Shown in pieces: positions 29,636 through 43,805 of a stretch of DNA of 64,000 nt. The stretch lies in contig OZ024753.1 in the NCBI GenBank assembly GCA_964016885.1, positions 29,078,001 to 29,142,000 of the forward strand, read 5' to 3'. A program made the position numbers and the translations under genes. Source of the stretch: Eledone cirrhosa (taxonomy: Eukaryota). Every line of letters begins with the position of its first letter. The stretch's first letter is position 1. A model generated the notes under the pieces. That model had not been told where the DNA came from and searched no databases. It saw nothing but the letters and a program-made list of their open reading frames with translations.

Positions 29636-31855
29636 CGTGTGTGTGTGTTTGCAGGGTGGGGTGGGAGTATACAAATCATTCATTTCTTACTCACCATACC
29701 AAATCAATTGTGAATTAGAAGTCTAGTTTATATATGAAAAGTCAATCATATGTATTAATTGTATACACCCCAAAGGGTATATATACGAACCCTAATTATT
29801 TAATTCTATATACGTGAACTATATAGTCCTAATTTGTAAGGATGGGGAGTAAGGTTAAGACCCATCAAATAATTCCTCAAATTACTACACAGTACAGCTA
29901 AATGTGTTTTCCTTTACAGAACTAATTAGTTTGTTGTTGAGTATTGTATTACGTTATTATAAATATATATGTGTGTATGTGTGTATGTGTGTATGTGTGT
30001 GTGTGTAATTAAATGTATGGCAGTCTGTCCCTCAGTCATTCTGTAGGTTTGTAAGTCAATCAGAAAGCTGTGTAAATAAAAATAATCTACGCCGTTCTTT
30101 TATCTCTTAAGACTTCTGTCTTTATCATTCGTTCTCTCCCCCCACCTGTCTCTCTCTCTCTCTCTCTCTTGGTTGAGGGAAGCTGTGAATGAAGAATTGC
30201 CGGTAGCTAGCTGCCAGTCTCTGATGACCTTAAAAGTACAATGCTTTGGTTTATTGCTTGTTAGTGAGATAGAGAAAACAGGCAAACAGTCTGGAGGACA
30301 GACAGATAGATAGAAACAGACAAGCAAATATATGGAGAAACACATACACACCCAAGCACAGACACACACGCAAGCACATACACACAAGAGAGAGAGAGAG
30401 AGATACTGCGTGTATATATATATATATTGCAGAGAAAAGAGAGAAATATAGATAGATTGATAAATTGTGAAGTTAGTAGGTAGTAGGACCGGTTAAAGTA
30501 CCTCAGACAGTTGCTCAACGCACCACGTGCAAAACGGCGCCACGTCATGTGTTTGGGATGTTCCGATTTCAAAGGGAAAAATATGAAAATTCCTTGAATT
30601 TCGTTACACCTACAGTAGATTAACAATACCCATCGGACATCTTTACACTCATACACCCTCCCCTTGTAACAAAAAATATATCAAGATTGTTGTCAGTAAT
30701 CTACATATGGTCTCTCTCTCTCTCTCTTCTAATTATACTAATGAAAGGACTTGAAATATTGATACTGTGTTTGAACTGCACTTTCTAGCTTGTACACTAA
30801 TAATAAAGAGTATATATTTATGTTTTATTAATAAAATATGTTTTATTAATAAAACTGTTTTTAAAAAATCGTAAACAAATCTGTTTCATATAACAACAGC
30901 ACTACAGATATTTAAAAACAGAAAATGAAGGTAAGGGCACGATCTCTAGGGTCACAGAAGGCTGCTGACGTTCCGATCATGCGGAAGAGCTCGGCAGTAC
31001 GGGGGTCCAAGTACGCCTGAGGTCTCGAAGGTGACCTGTGCAAATATTCCTACATTTGCAGTTTACAATCCGTACGAAAATCAAAAAAGAAATATTCTTG
31101 TAAGGGCGGCGGCATTGAGTTTGTCGAAGCCAGCTGTAGGATTGGTGATGGACAGATGAGGCTGACAAATTATATATACATAGTAGACGAGGAAGTAGTT
31201 TAATAGATAATCTTATTGATACGTGGCTGGGGAACGAGATAGAGTAGAAAACTAGAAAGAACAAGACGGATAGATAAACAGATATGCATGAGACACAAAC
31301 AGTCCTGTTTAGAGATAAACTTCAGAAAATTAACAAAGAAAGGACAAGACAACGAACGGAAACAAAACAAAACGAAGAACAATTTAAAAAAAAATAAAAA
31401 TACAAACGAAGGACACAGAATTCCATGGTCATCGGCCGTTGAGATGGACTTAGGCAGTTTCGACCCCTACCAATGGTACTGATGGTCCATCCGGGAGTCA
31501 CAGCTTCTGGCATAAGCCAAACGTTGTCCAGTGGAGTAAAAGACGAGATACAAAACATTAATTTATAGCCGCTAAGCTACAAAACACAGAATTTTGTGTG
31601 GTGTCGGGGGAAAGGCTTGGTGTCTTGATTAGAGATTATATAGATAGATGAAAGAATAACATAGGTGGGCAGAACAGGAAATAGCTAGTGAAATAGGGAC
31701 ACAAATATGGAGGTATTGATAATGTGATTCCAGGTTCGATTCCACTGTATGGCACCTTGAGCATGTGTATTTTATAATAACCTCGAGTAGATCAATACTT
31801 CGTGAGTAGAATATGGTAGACGGAAACTAGGCAGAAGCTCGTCATATTTATACCT

Positions 31856-31909
<54 letters not shown>

Positions 31910-31917
31910 GTGTATCT

Positions 31918-32113
31918 CAGACTTACCAACCTCTAAAAAACCCAAGCTGTGAGTACCATAAAAAATGTGCCCCAAAACGGGCCGAAATGAGGCAAAATGG
32001 GGAGATTTTACATAATGGAAGCTACACCCATTTTCACAAGAGAAGACATCTCTCACCCACCCCAAAGTGGATGGGAGATCTCCCTCGTCGAACGGGGAGA
32101 ATTGACAGGTTTG
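31918..32113 (+). mobile_element. CAGACCTGYCAA MITE copy
   Basis: Homologous to 12737-12938. Confidence 0.8.
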
Positions 32114-32711
32114 GTGTGTGTGTGCGTGTGCGCGTGTGTGCGCGTGTATGTGCGTATATTTAGCTGTGTATATCGACAAAGGATATAAACATCGTTTACA
32201 AAACTGCAAAAGAACAGCATTTTATGAAAAAAGTCCCTTAAGATATTTGTTCCACATGTATTCCCATGCACCCCACTCCCTTGTCAATGCCACATACAGC
32301 ACTGCAGTAAACCTTTGATTGACCCGTTGAAAGCCTACAACGATTGACACTTATTTCAGAGACTGCGTTTGATTTTAGCCATCACATAAGGCCATGCTGG
32401 AGCAGCACCTTCATCATTCTATATTGATAAAGATATATGTGAATGGACAGACGGATGGAATGATGGATGAAAATTTAACGGAGATACCGATGTAAAGAAA
32501 CTGAACATATGTATGAAAAATTAGATAAGATAACTAGACAGATATATGGTGGTTGAGTCAATATATCTATGTGTAAGACGGTTCACAAAAGAGTTCGACA
32601 ATTTTAATTTACTGTGAGCAGTGGTTTCAGTCCTGGAGATTACGTAATCTATAAACTGTTATCACGCAAAACATACACACGTTCAAACATATATATAGAA
32701 GAGGCTATTTT

Positions 32712-33040
32712 GCCGGCAAGAGTATCAGACACCATGCTTTGTTTTGCAGCATAGAGTTGCAGTCCTTTATGGCTTGTGTTCAAATCCCGCCGAGCTTAGT
32801 TAGCTTTGCATTTCATCCGTACGGGGTCGATAAAATAAAGCACCAGTAATGCACTGGTGTCAATTTTATTGACTTTCCTATCTCCCAAAATTGTTGGCCT
32901 CGAGCCTAAATCAGAAACCAGAGTTCAAATCCCGCTGAGGTTGACTTTGCCTTTCATCCTTACGGGGTCGATAAAATAAAGTACCAGTAATGCACTGGGT
33001 ATTTGCTGGCCTTGTTCCTAACTTAGAAACAATTATTATT
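32712..33040 (+). mobile_element. Two tandem Meta-core SINE copies
   Basis: The core motif occurs twice. Confidence 0.85.
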
Positions 33041-33571
33041 ATGACGTCAGGTAACACACAGGTTTAACGCAAAAGTGTGTTAATTTTCACCGCTAATTAT
33101 TAAGACAATTTAAACCCTAACCAGTGCCGGATTTACGATTGTGCTTATGTGTGCGAGCACGGGGCCCCGTTGGCCACAGGGGTCCATCTTCCTGCCAAAA
33201 AAATTGTTTACCTCCTTCAGGGCCCAAGTAAGGGGAATCATAACTTAACTCGCACTGAGCCTAACCCAACAGTAACACTATCTATATTCACCGATAAACT
33301 AAAAAAAAGAAAAAAAAAAAAAAGCATGTTTTTCTATTTTACCGGGACCGGCAAAGTAGCTTATCCGAACATATAGTATTTCGATATTCCATCTCGGGGC
33401 GTGAATATCGTTTGTTGATACTATATTACATGTTTAAGTTTTGTTTGTTTGTTTTTATCCCCAGATGACTGTTACGAAAGGAGGATAATTGACAGTCAGC
33501 TTTGGCTGAGAGATTGCTTGTCATCAACGTTTTGTCGTATTTGAAGACGCAGTAGAGCTAGCTGTAATTAG

Positions 33572-33811
33572 CAGAGGCGGTGGAACTGGGGGAGGTCCAC
33601 TCCCCAATAATTATATTTGTCTCCCCAAACTACCAAAACACACATCTATTTGTATATACGGTACAGTTTATGTACATGTTACGTTTATCACATATCGAAG
33701 TATTTTATATCTTGGTTGATATTTGATAACAGCTAAACTAATCACTACAACTAAATCGACCAAATTTTCACACACACCTCTCCCAATTCAGAAATGCTTC
33801 CACCGCCCCTG
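33572..33811. mobile_element. 240-bp MITE with 14-bp TIRs
   Basis: cagaggcggtggaa ... ttccaccgcccctg, with attag on both sides. Confidence 0.7.
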
Positions 33812-34037
33812 ATTAGCATGTCCAATACCAAATCCATTTTTTATTTATGTCCAATACCAAATCCATTTTTCATATTTAGGCATCTAATCGAGCAGTTCCG
33901 GATAGAAGATGTATATCCATACATGAGTATGTGTGCATATTCCTAATATAATACTTGATTAGTTAAGCTAATGCCAGTCAGGTGAAATTTCAGAATCCGA
34001 TGAAAGTGGTCAAGATCAATTATCATTATCAGTTTTA

Positions 34038-34180
34038 GCATAGTTACGTCCCTTTACAGTCTGAGTTCAAATCCCGCCGAGGTTAACTTTGCCTGTCATC
34101 CTTACGGGGTCGATAAAATAAAGTACCAGTAATGTACTGGGTAATTGCTGGCCGTGTGCCTAAAGTGGAAACAATTATCA
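34038..34180 (+). mobile_element. 5'-truncated Meta-core SINE
   Basis: B-box, core and tail present. Confidence 0.85.
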
Positions 34181-34311
34181 GTTTGAAGTTGTAAGCATAG
34201 TTGCTGTGAGAAGTGGGCAAAACCTGACGTTTTGAGTTGAGATGCTTCGAGAAAAAAATTGACAGTATTTAGTGTCGCTTCGGTACCCTTAAAGTTCAAA
34301 TTACTGCTAGG

Positions 34312-34645
34312 TAAAGACCCCCTTCGGTCACAAATGACCATGGGATTTGAACCAAGAAAGTTCCTCTCCGAGGACAAGTCCGGGCAAGGTTGTTTTTAGA
34401 AGACCAGCAGTCACCCATGCATACCAGTCTCCCCTCTCCACGCCACCGATGTTGTCCAAGGGAAAGGCTAAGGCTGATACAGCTTGGCACCAGTGACGTC
34501 GCAACTTATTTCTGGAAGTGAGTAAACTTGATCAACGCGAAAATAAGGTGTTTTGCTGAAGAACACAACGCAAAGCTCGGTCCGAGAATCGAACTCACAA
34601 CCTCACGATTGTAAGCGTGACGCTCTAACCACTAAGCCATGCGCC
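34312..34645 (-). mobile_element. Second tRNA-derived SINE family
   Basis: Minus strand starts ggcgcatggcttagtggttagagcg..gagttcgattctcgg (A and B boxes), followed by a distinct body. Confidence 0.8.
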
Positions 34646-36354
34646 TTTACTAAACTACTACAATGGGGCGATTAATCAGATAAACTCTATTCTCTTACAG
34701 TATTCTATACTCAAGAGTTATTTCACAGCTTATTGGATTTCGGTGGCATTAGTGAATTAACCCTTATGCTACCATATTTCTAATGAAATAAACTGTATTT
34801 GAATTAGCTAATGAAGTAGAGGGGATTTACTAAAATTAAAAGTTTACGAAGCTGGTATTAGTAACATAACTTAGCAAAAACGTTCTTATATATATATATA
34901 TATATATATATATAAGAACGTTTATTCTAGATTTGATTTAATATGGTTTGGACAGGGTTGTATTAAAAGGGTTAATGACTACAGCCTGAAATCTCAGGAG
35001 TAAGGGTGGTTTAATTAACAATCGAACCCGTTTCACATGTTAACATAGGCTATTACACTATCTAATCCCCGCCCTTTACATAAAAGAAAAAGAGATGTTC
35101 CATTAGTATTAGTCTTACATTATAGATTGCTAATATGTAAATATAGAGTAACAATCAACATATATATTACAATTGAAACCAATGCTATGCTATGGACTTT
35201 ACCTTTAAGTCTGTCACTCTCAACAAAATAGATACTATTACTAGGATGTGCATGTTGAAAGCAATGCGTGTAGTTATATGTGTATATGAACCCGTAACTC
35301 TTGATCTGAGTCTTAGGGGCACCGCAGTGACATACAGCGGGTCTATAGGAATTGTTAGACATGACGTAGGCATTCCCTCTTCCAGGTTTGAACACAGCCG
35401 ATTTTTTTCGAGAGAATGAAGGAGGTGAAACAGAAGAAGTAAGAAAGAGATCGACCACTGTACCGGCTCGATACTTTTTTATCAATTAAGAAATTATGAA
35501 AGGCTAAGTTGACTTGGGCAGGTTTTGAACTCAGAGGAGCAGAGAACTGGAAGTAATGCCACAAAGTATTCTACCCGGCGTTCTAACGAATCAGCTAATT
35601 TACCGCCTCATTTTAATTATATAAATTATCTTTCGGTGTTAAGTTACGTCTCTTGAAGCTCTTAATTTAAATGTTGTCCAGGTAAACTTTGGCTTTCGTC
35701 CCCTTAAGAGAGTGACGCCGACAAAATGTGTATCAGTCAAATATGAAGACAGTCTCAACTACACCAGAGCTCCTCAACCTTTTTAGGGCCTCACGGCCAC
35801 CCCAACCCTATTTCCAGAGTGGCCTACCTAGACACAAATTGTAAATAACATAACAAAATCGTTAATTTATATATAAGAAAAAATATATATATATTATGTA
35901 TAAATAAATATATATTTTTTTTATTTTACTTTATTTATATAATAATGAAATTATTGTGTACAGTGCTCAGGTGCATTACAACTCATCAAATGTGCATATA
36001 TAGTACATAGAATAATGTACAAATGTCAGGAAAGTGAACAGTGTACGAGTCATGATATACACACAGATTCATGCGTGTGTTATATATGTGTATCATTTGA
36101 TATTTAATATACTACACCCTCATTCCCCCATGAAATATCTGGCCCGGTGTCTATGTTACAAATCCTTATCATTATCCATGTGAAATATTATACAAAATTT
36201 GAGAGTGATATTATTTTCATACGTAAATCTCATATGTAAAACCTGCTTCTAATCTAAATCCATCTTACTCAATTACTAAAATATCCAATTAGGTGTGTAA
36301 CGAAATCTAATTACATATGTTTACAGTCGATATGTCATTCGGTAAAACAAATAT

Positions 36355-36494
36355 TGGTTTCTGATTTAGGTAGAAGGCTAACAATTTTGATGGAAGGGGA
36401 GAGTCGAATATATCGACCTCAGTACATTACTGGTATTTTATCGACCCCCGTAAGGATGAAAGGCAAAGTTAACCTCGGCATGATTTGAACTCAC
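36355..36494 (-). mobile_element. Partial Meta-core SINE
   Basis: Core motif present. Confidence 0.8.
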
Positions 36495-38057
36495 GGTAAA
36501 ACAAATATTAATATTAATTAACTAATGCACTGTGGGGGTGATTGCTGGCCTTTTTTTTTTTTTTCCTCAGTTAAAAAAGTTTTTTTTGTTTAAATGACCA
36601 TAACACGTGCTGGCCGGTTTACTTACCATATGCCGTGGTATGAAGTGCAGCAGTCAGAAAAAGTGTAAAAAACAACACGGAAACCTCCTCCATGGTACAG
36701 TAAGTCCTCATCCACAAGTGATAAAAGTTAGGACAATGCAAATAGCAGTAATAATTGGAATAATGTTACTAGTTAACTAGTTACGAGAATCACGAGAGAA
36801 TTTCAGTTCCGCCTTCTCCCCAAAATGTTAATATTTGATAGTGTTTTATATAAATATATATATATGTGTGTGTGTGTATATATAAGATATTAATTACATA
36901 TAAGTGTATAGCATCAGAGTAAGATCATATTTATAAAGTATGCATACCTATATATATGTATATATATATATATATGTGTGTGTAGATATATTAAGATAGG
37001 TTCAGTAGCGTAAATTTTTCAAGTTTTGTTTTGATAGGAAAATATGAAAAAAGTTTAGAATTTCCGAAATTCAAAATAAAAGAAAGTTGAAATCAATGTG
37101 GAATGGAATTTTGTAAACATTAAAAGAAAACTTAAAATCAATGTTTTACTGGCAAAATAACTTTAAACAAACACATCTACATCACACAGACAGCTCATCG
37201 CGTAATATTGTTACGAAACAGCTCCCAGGTAGCATTAAAGAGTACTTCGGTTCAAACTATATTTGTAACTCCGATAAGTACTGAAGAGCCCTTTAATCGC
37301 TTGCTTACTGATGTATAAATATATATTTATGTATATATATATTATTTATATAATTTTTTTCTCACAATTTATATTGAATTATTCCTATATATATATATAT
37401 ATATATACATGTACATATAAATAAAATATATGTGAACGTATGAATATATTTTTGTTGTTGGCGAGTGTATTTTTTTCTGCTGTGCTTGTATATATTTGAG
37501 TGTGTTTATGAAGGTTGTAAGTAGACCCGTCTTTAGATATGAACACACACAAACATATGTATATATAGATAGATATGTATGTATGTATGTTTGTATCTAT
37601 AATACAAGTTCTTCTAAGCCTTAGATACAACTATATTTATCTATGTAGAAATATATGTTTGTATGTAAGTATATATGTATTTATGTATACAGTATAATCC
37701 AACTAAGTTTAACTATCAAAACCGGCACTGGCTTGTTCCCTTGCTTGTATATATATGTATGCTACTTTCAAAGAACTCTGCAAAAGTTTTTCTGTTTTTC
37801 TTTTTCTAATTCTTTGCTCGGTTCTCTCTTCTTCCCTTCTTACTTTCTTTTTTAGTTTAGTACCGGCTCTAAGTCTACACTCATCCCACCACCATCTTTT
37901 CGACTGCTGCGTATTTCACGATTTATTTAGATATATTTATATATTTATTTTATTTACTTACATAGCCACACATACATATTCTCTCTCTCTCTCGCACAGA
38001 CACACATGTATATATGTATAAGTTTATGTATGTGTATATATATATTTACACACATAC

Positions 38058-38094
<37 letters not shown>

Positions 38095-38101
38095 TGTATT
38101 T

Positions 38102-38133
<32 letters not shown>

Positions 38134-38226
38134 TTACACACATATATATATATTTATTTACATACACACACATATATATATATATATAAATATTTATTTA
38201 CACACACAAATATATATATATATATA

Positions 38227-38304
38227 TAGGGTGTCCCCCAAAATTTATACACATTTATCTTAGAATGGTGTTGAAGTGTATATACATTTTTGGGGGACAC
38301 CCTG
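38227..38304. mobile_element. Tc1/mariner-type mini-MITE
   Basis: tagggtgtcccccaaaa..tttttgggggacaccctg; same internal ttagaatggtgttgaagtgt as 21718. Confidence 0.75.
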
Positions 38305-38572
38305 TGTGTGAATGTATATATATATGTGTGTGTGTGTTCTTTAGGTTTTCGTTCGTTCGTCAGTGACTGTTCAGCAAGTAGTTTGGGGATGAAGTGAAAA
38401 TGGAAGTGAGCGAAACGGATATAGAAAGAGCGACTGACAGATAGATAGGAGGGACAGAAAGAGAGAGAGGGGAGGAGGAGGGGGAGAGAAATTTGGAATC
38501 GGTATAGAAAAGAAAGTCGTAGAAGGGAGAATGGGAGATCCTGTGGTAAACAGGCGAAACTCCAGAGTAACC

Positions 38573-38726
38573 TCGGACGCCATGTTTTGACGCATAGAGT
38601 TGCCAGTCTGAGTTCAAATCCCGCCGAGGTTAACTTTGCCTTTCATCCTTACGGGGTCGATAAAATAAAGTACCAGTAATGTACTAGGTAATTGCTGGCC
38701 TTGTGCCAAAAGTAGAAACAATTATT
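38573..38726 (+). mobile_element. Meta-core SINE
   Basis: B-box, core and tail. Confidence 0.85.
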
Positions 38727-38866
38727 TGCTAAACCTTGATTATATATATATATACCTAGGGAGTGTAACGTCCACTATATACACACACATAAATATATAT
38801 ATGTGCGTGTGTATATATACATATGTATGTGTGTATATACATTAACATATGTGTATGTATACACAG

Positions 38867-38905
<39 letters not shown>

Positions 38906-39459
38906 AAGGAAAAGCGAAGTAGTTTCAGATGTATATAATATATATATAATAAATTCATAGGGATATATGTATCATATATTGAGTTATAAACTCGAAATAG
39001 TCTTTTACAATTAAATAGCTCAAAGAAAGGAATATTTCTGAGCCGTGTAATACAAATGAGTATATGAGGGGGGTAAACACTGATACAAGTATACATGTGT
39101 TTGAATTGCAAATGACCAAGTTAGCTAGGTTGAAAAATACTAATTTGAAATAATATGGTTTGTCTGTCTCGATTTAAAATAATAAATTAATAAAAATAAC
39201 AAACCTATATTGGCAATGGCCGTGATACTCGGACAAATTCTAAATTTGTTTCGCAACAATTATTAAGTGCAATTCACTACCCCTGTGCTCTTCTGCGGGT
39301 TATTTTTCAACCTAGCTTGTATCAGTGTTCGTCCCTCTCATATAGGGATATATGTATATATTTTTAGACATAGGTCACAGATACATATATGAGTGTGGCT
39401 ACCTTTCACGGTGTGGCTCAATGAAGAATTAATTAAGCAAATAATTATTAATCAGAGCT

Positions 39460-39581
39460 ATATATAAAATTGCAAGTTTGAAGAATTATTAGATAAAATA
39501 TATACAGTCTTTCCTCTCCCTAATCCGTAGAAATCAGAGGCAAGACTGTATATATTTTATCTAATAATTCTTCAGACTTGC

Positions 39582-39592
<11 letters not shown>
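39460..39592. repeat. Near-perfect inverted repeat with ~50-bp arms
   Basis: tataaaattgcaagtttgaagaattattagataaaatatatacagtctt and its reverse complement, around a short spacer. Confidence 0.9.
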
Positions 39593-39621
<29 letters not shown>

Positions 39622-39710
39622 GTGGAACACTGGAAGGTAATATCCGTAGTGGTAGAGCATTCAGTCCATGGGACGAGTTAGGTAGAAGTGGTTACACAAC
39701 AGTTAGTTCA

Positions 39711-39760
39711 CCATACCGAGAACAATTGTTTCACCTTAGCGGATCCTCAGCGCGGAATGG
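39711..39760 (-). ncRNA. Minimal type I hammerhead ribozyme fold
   Basis: ccattccgcg-CTGAGGA-tccgctaaggt-GAAA-caattg-TT-ctcggtatgg. Palindromic stem III; stem I has mismatches. Confidence 0.75.
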
Positions 39761-39848
39761 GCATGGTCATAGGAACAGGAAGGACAACCGTACGAAGGCG
39801 CATACAATGATATTAAATAAATGGAAACTATATTTATAAAGCCATATT

Positions 39849-39912
39849 TATTTTATTATATATATTTCAAGGGTACCAAGACAACATTGGTACGCTTTCA
39901 TCAGATAAAATA
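39849..39912 (-). ncRNA. Minimal type I hammerhead ribozyme, intact core
   Basis: tattttat-CTGATGA-aag c gtaccaa tgttgtc ttggtac c ctt-GAAA-tatata-TA-ataaaata. Confidence 0.88.
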
Positions 39913-41139
39913 GAAAGTTTGTTTTATAAATAGAGACGTACTCATGAAAATCATACCTTATCGGTTGGAAATTCACTGGATAGTGAATTTATATTTGTCG
40001 GACTTCCAACAAATTAAATACTCCTACTTATATATATATATATATATATAAGTAGAAGAGGTAAACCCATGCTGGCGTGGAAGATAGACGTTAAACGATG
40101 ATGATGATATATATATATAGTAATTGTGTGTGAGTGAGTGAAAGAGAGAGCAATAGATAGAGATAGAGAGTAGGCTAAACTTTGTTAGAGAATTCCAGAG
40201 AGAGGAGAAGGTGGGGGGTGTGAAGCTAAGACAATGGAATAGTCTTTGGAGGGGGAGGAGGCTAGGAAAATGTCAATGGGATGTTAGTTGAAGAATTGTG
40301 CGTACAGTGTGTGTATGTGTATGTACGTGTATATATGTGTGCATGTATGTGTACGTGTATGTGCATATACCTATGTGTATATCGGTATGTTCGTATCTGT
40401 GTGTATGCGTGTAAGTATGTGCGTATATGTGTATGTGCATGTATAGGCGTATATTTCTATATGCGTGTATGTGTATGTGCGTGTATATGCGTATATTTCT
40501 ATATGCGTGTATGTGTATGTGCGTGTATGTGTACGTGTGTGTGTATGTTTGTGTACGTGTGTGTGTGTGTGTGTGAGGCATGAAGCTAGTGTATGTAGTC
40601 AAGTAGTAGTTTAAGCTGAGGAGAAGGAAAGATTCATAAGGATAGAATGAGTGAGAGTTGGATGAGAAAACATGCTTTAAATAGAGAGATGCTAAATACA
40701 GGTACTTGTGTGTGTGTGTGTCAGAGAGAGAGAAGGAAGGAGAGAAGGTGAGGGTGTGAGAAGGAAGGAGAGGAGGTGAGGGTGTGAGAAGGAGAGAGAG
40801 AGAAAAGGAGAGAAAAGAGAGCAAGATTTCGACGTATATTTTTTTTTTAAATATTCCGAAAGATTTTCAAGGAAACAGAGACGTGTCGAACGAAAAATCA
40901 AGGAGAGAGAGAGAGAGAGAGACAGAGAGACGGATAGATAGAGGGACTTGGAGAGAGAGAGAAAATGTTGATGAACGAGAGAATTGCGAGATGACAACGT
41001 ATGCCAAACTTTGGCCTTGGTGTTTCTCTGGTTGTCATAATTTACAGTGTCTCTTTCTTGCATCACCTTATCACAGCAATGGCTTCTCCCCCTATCATTC
41101 AAACTTGCATCGCCTTATCACAGTAATTGTGAATCGAGG

Positions 41140-41650
41140 TTTCTCTGAGACTCGGTCCCCGCGTCTGCGAGTCACACAAATGTCGCTGCGGGTCAACCGT
41201 AAACTCTTTCGGCCTCCACTCGCTGTCCTGTCGCTACAGTGCCGGTCGCCTTCCACGCCATGCTGCTCTCGACGAGGTCATAGAGCATTGCTTGCATGTT
41301 GCAGGCTTCTCATCTCAGCTCGAGTCGGCCGGGCTGGACCGAGAGGACGGCAAATGACCATCTTCCCGAGGTAAACTCCACATCTGGGATGCCACACTTT
41401 CTCCAGCGGCAACCTGGTGCAGTCTGCGACTAATCCAAGTTCTAATGTACTTCGGGTCGATGAGGGTAAACTCTCCAAATATCGGTCGCTCTCCGACAGG
41501 TTTGCGATCGAGCCCTTGGCAGAGGAGACATCTGGTATCCTTGGCCCTAGGGTCACCTCCCTGCTCACCAACATCGGCACAGAGTTGGCTACCCACTTGT
41601 ATGAGCCTCGCGAGCTGGAATGGGTGGCCAGTCCACTGGGGCTGCGGTGA
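41140..41650 (+). mobile_element. Decayed CRE-like non-LTR retrotransposon C-terminus (zinc knuckle plus restriction-like endonuclease)
   Basis: Manual translation gives HKCRCGSTVNSFGLHSLSCRYSAGRLPRHAALDEVI..AGLDREDGK, then IFP..IWDAT and EGKLSKYRSL..PLAEETSG..GP, with stops and frameshifts. Confidence 0.8.
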
Positions 41651-42042
41651 GGCCAGCGTGTGAGTCTCCATTTGCTTATAATAGTGAGAGATGGGAAAAG
41701 CAGGAGAGGCAGTGACAGTGGGAGTTTCGTTCTTCTGTGTATATGTATGTTTCACGGACACACACTCATGACAGCTTGTTTGTTTCTCAAAAAACTTATA
41801 GACAGTATTTGGTACAACACGTTAGAAATGCGGAGGTTGTGAGTTCAAACCTCACCTGGGGCAGTATGTAATTTTTATTATTATTATTCATAAAGATGAA
41901 GTATTTTTATGGTTTTAAATTATGACTTCTCCACGTGCACATTCAAACACACCCACAAAACACTTTATTTCACGTTGCTACTTCTACATGGAGTTGCCAT
42001 CGATAGAGAGTATTAGCAATTGAAAAGACCAATCGACTGTCG

Positions 42043-42111
<69 letters not shown>

Positions 42112-42203
42112 TGTGTGTAAAAGGTACACAGAAATAACAACACAATCGGTACAGTATATGGAAGGGATATATTAGGTTAAGGCTTGATATAGCAGGAAGA
42201 GGG

Positions 42204-42239
42204 TCTTAACGTTTCGGACGCTAGTCCTTCATCAGAAGA
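42204..42239 (-). ncRNA. Minimal hammerhead ribozyme of the Penelope type
   Basis: tctt-CTGATGA-a ggac tagc gtcc-GAAA-cg-TT-aaga. AACGTT palindrome at stem III. Confidence 0.8.
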
Positions 42240-42290
42240 ATGAATGAGAAATAAGATCGATTGAGGGGGCGGGGGGTTTGGAATTGGAAA

Positions 42291-42330
<40 letters not shown>

Positions 42331-42419
42331 TAATATATATATGTCCCAACCATTACTGAACAGAGTACTCGGTACTTAGGTTAGTAGATATATTATAAAC
42401 AGTTGGGTGATATGTGTGT

Positions 42420-43457
<1,038 letters not shown>

Positions 43458-43600
43458 CCAAATGTTAATAAGGTTCATTGATTACTCAATGAATATAGTT
43501 TTACAATAGATTCAAAGCACTCAACAGCTAAGTTTTTTGGAGTTAATAATATTATTCAAAATATTAATAAATGAAGACGTTCACATAATCAAAATATATG

Positions 43601-43662
43601 TTTTACTATATATATTTCGGAGGTACTGTGCTGTTTTATCAGTACGTCCTCATCAGATAAAA
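43601..43662 (-). ncRNA. Minimal type I hammerhead ribozyme, intact core
   Basis: ttttat-CTGATGA-gga c gtactg..cagtac c tcc-GAAA-tatata-TA-gtaaaa. Confidence 0.88.
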
Positions 43663-43743
43663 TACATAAATTGATCTACAAACAGCCAAGACTGAAATTA
43701 AACCATCAAGACAGTTGAGGTATGTCGTACATCAATTTATGTA

Positions 43744-43805
43744 TTTTATCTGATGAGGACGTACTGAAAACACAGCACAGTACCTCCGAAATATATATAA
43801 TAAAA
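43744..43805 (+). ncRNA. Minimal type I hammerhead ribozyme, intact core
   Basis: ttttat-CTGATGA(43750-43756)-gga c gtactg aaaacacagca cagtac c tcc-GAAA(43788-43791)-tatata-TA-ataaaa. Confidence 0.9.

Noticed and set aside
34560-34645. tRNA gene (also ~41800-41860, 48750-48805, 59650-59720)
   Set aside because: A and B boxes are present but there is no clean cloverleaf; most continue into SINE bodies.
37185-37300. Hammerhead-like pieces (gtaa..ttac-gaaacagct; ctgaagagccc)
   Set aside because: The core halves are in the wrong order or incomplete; no full fold.
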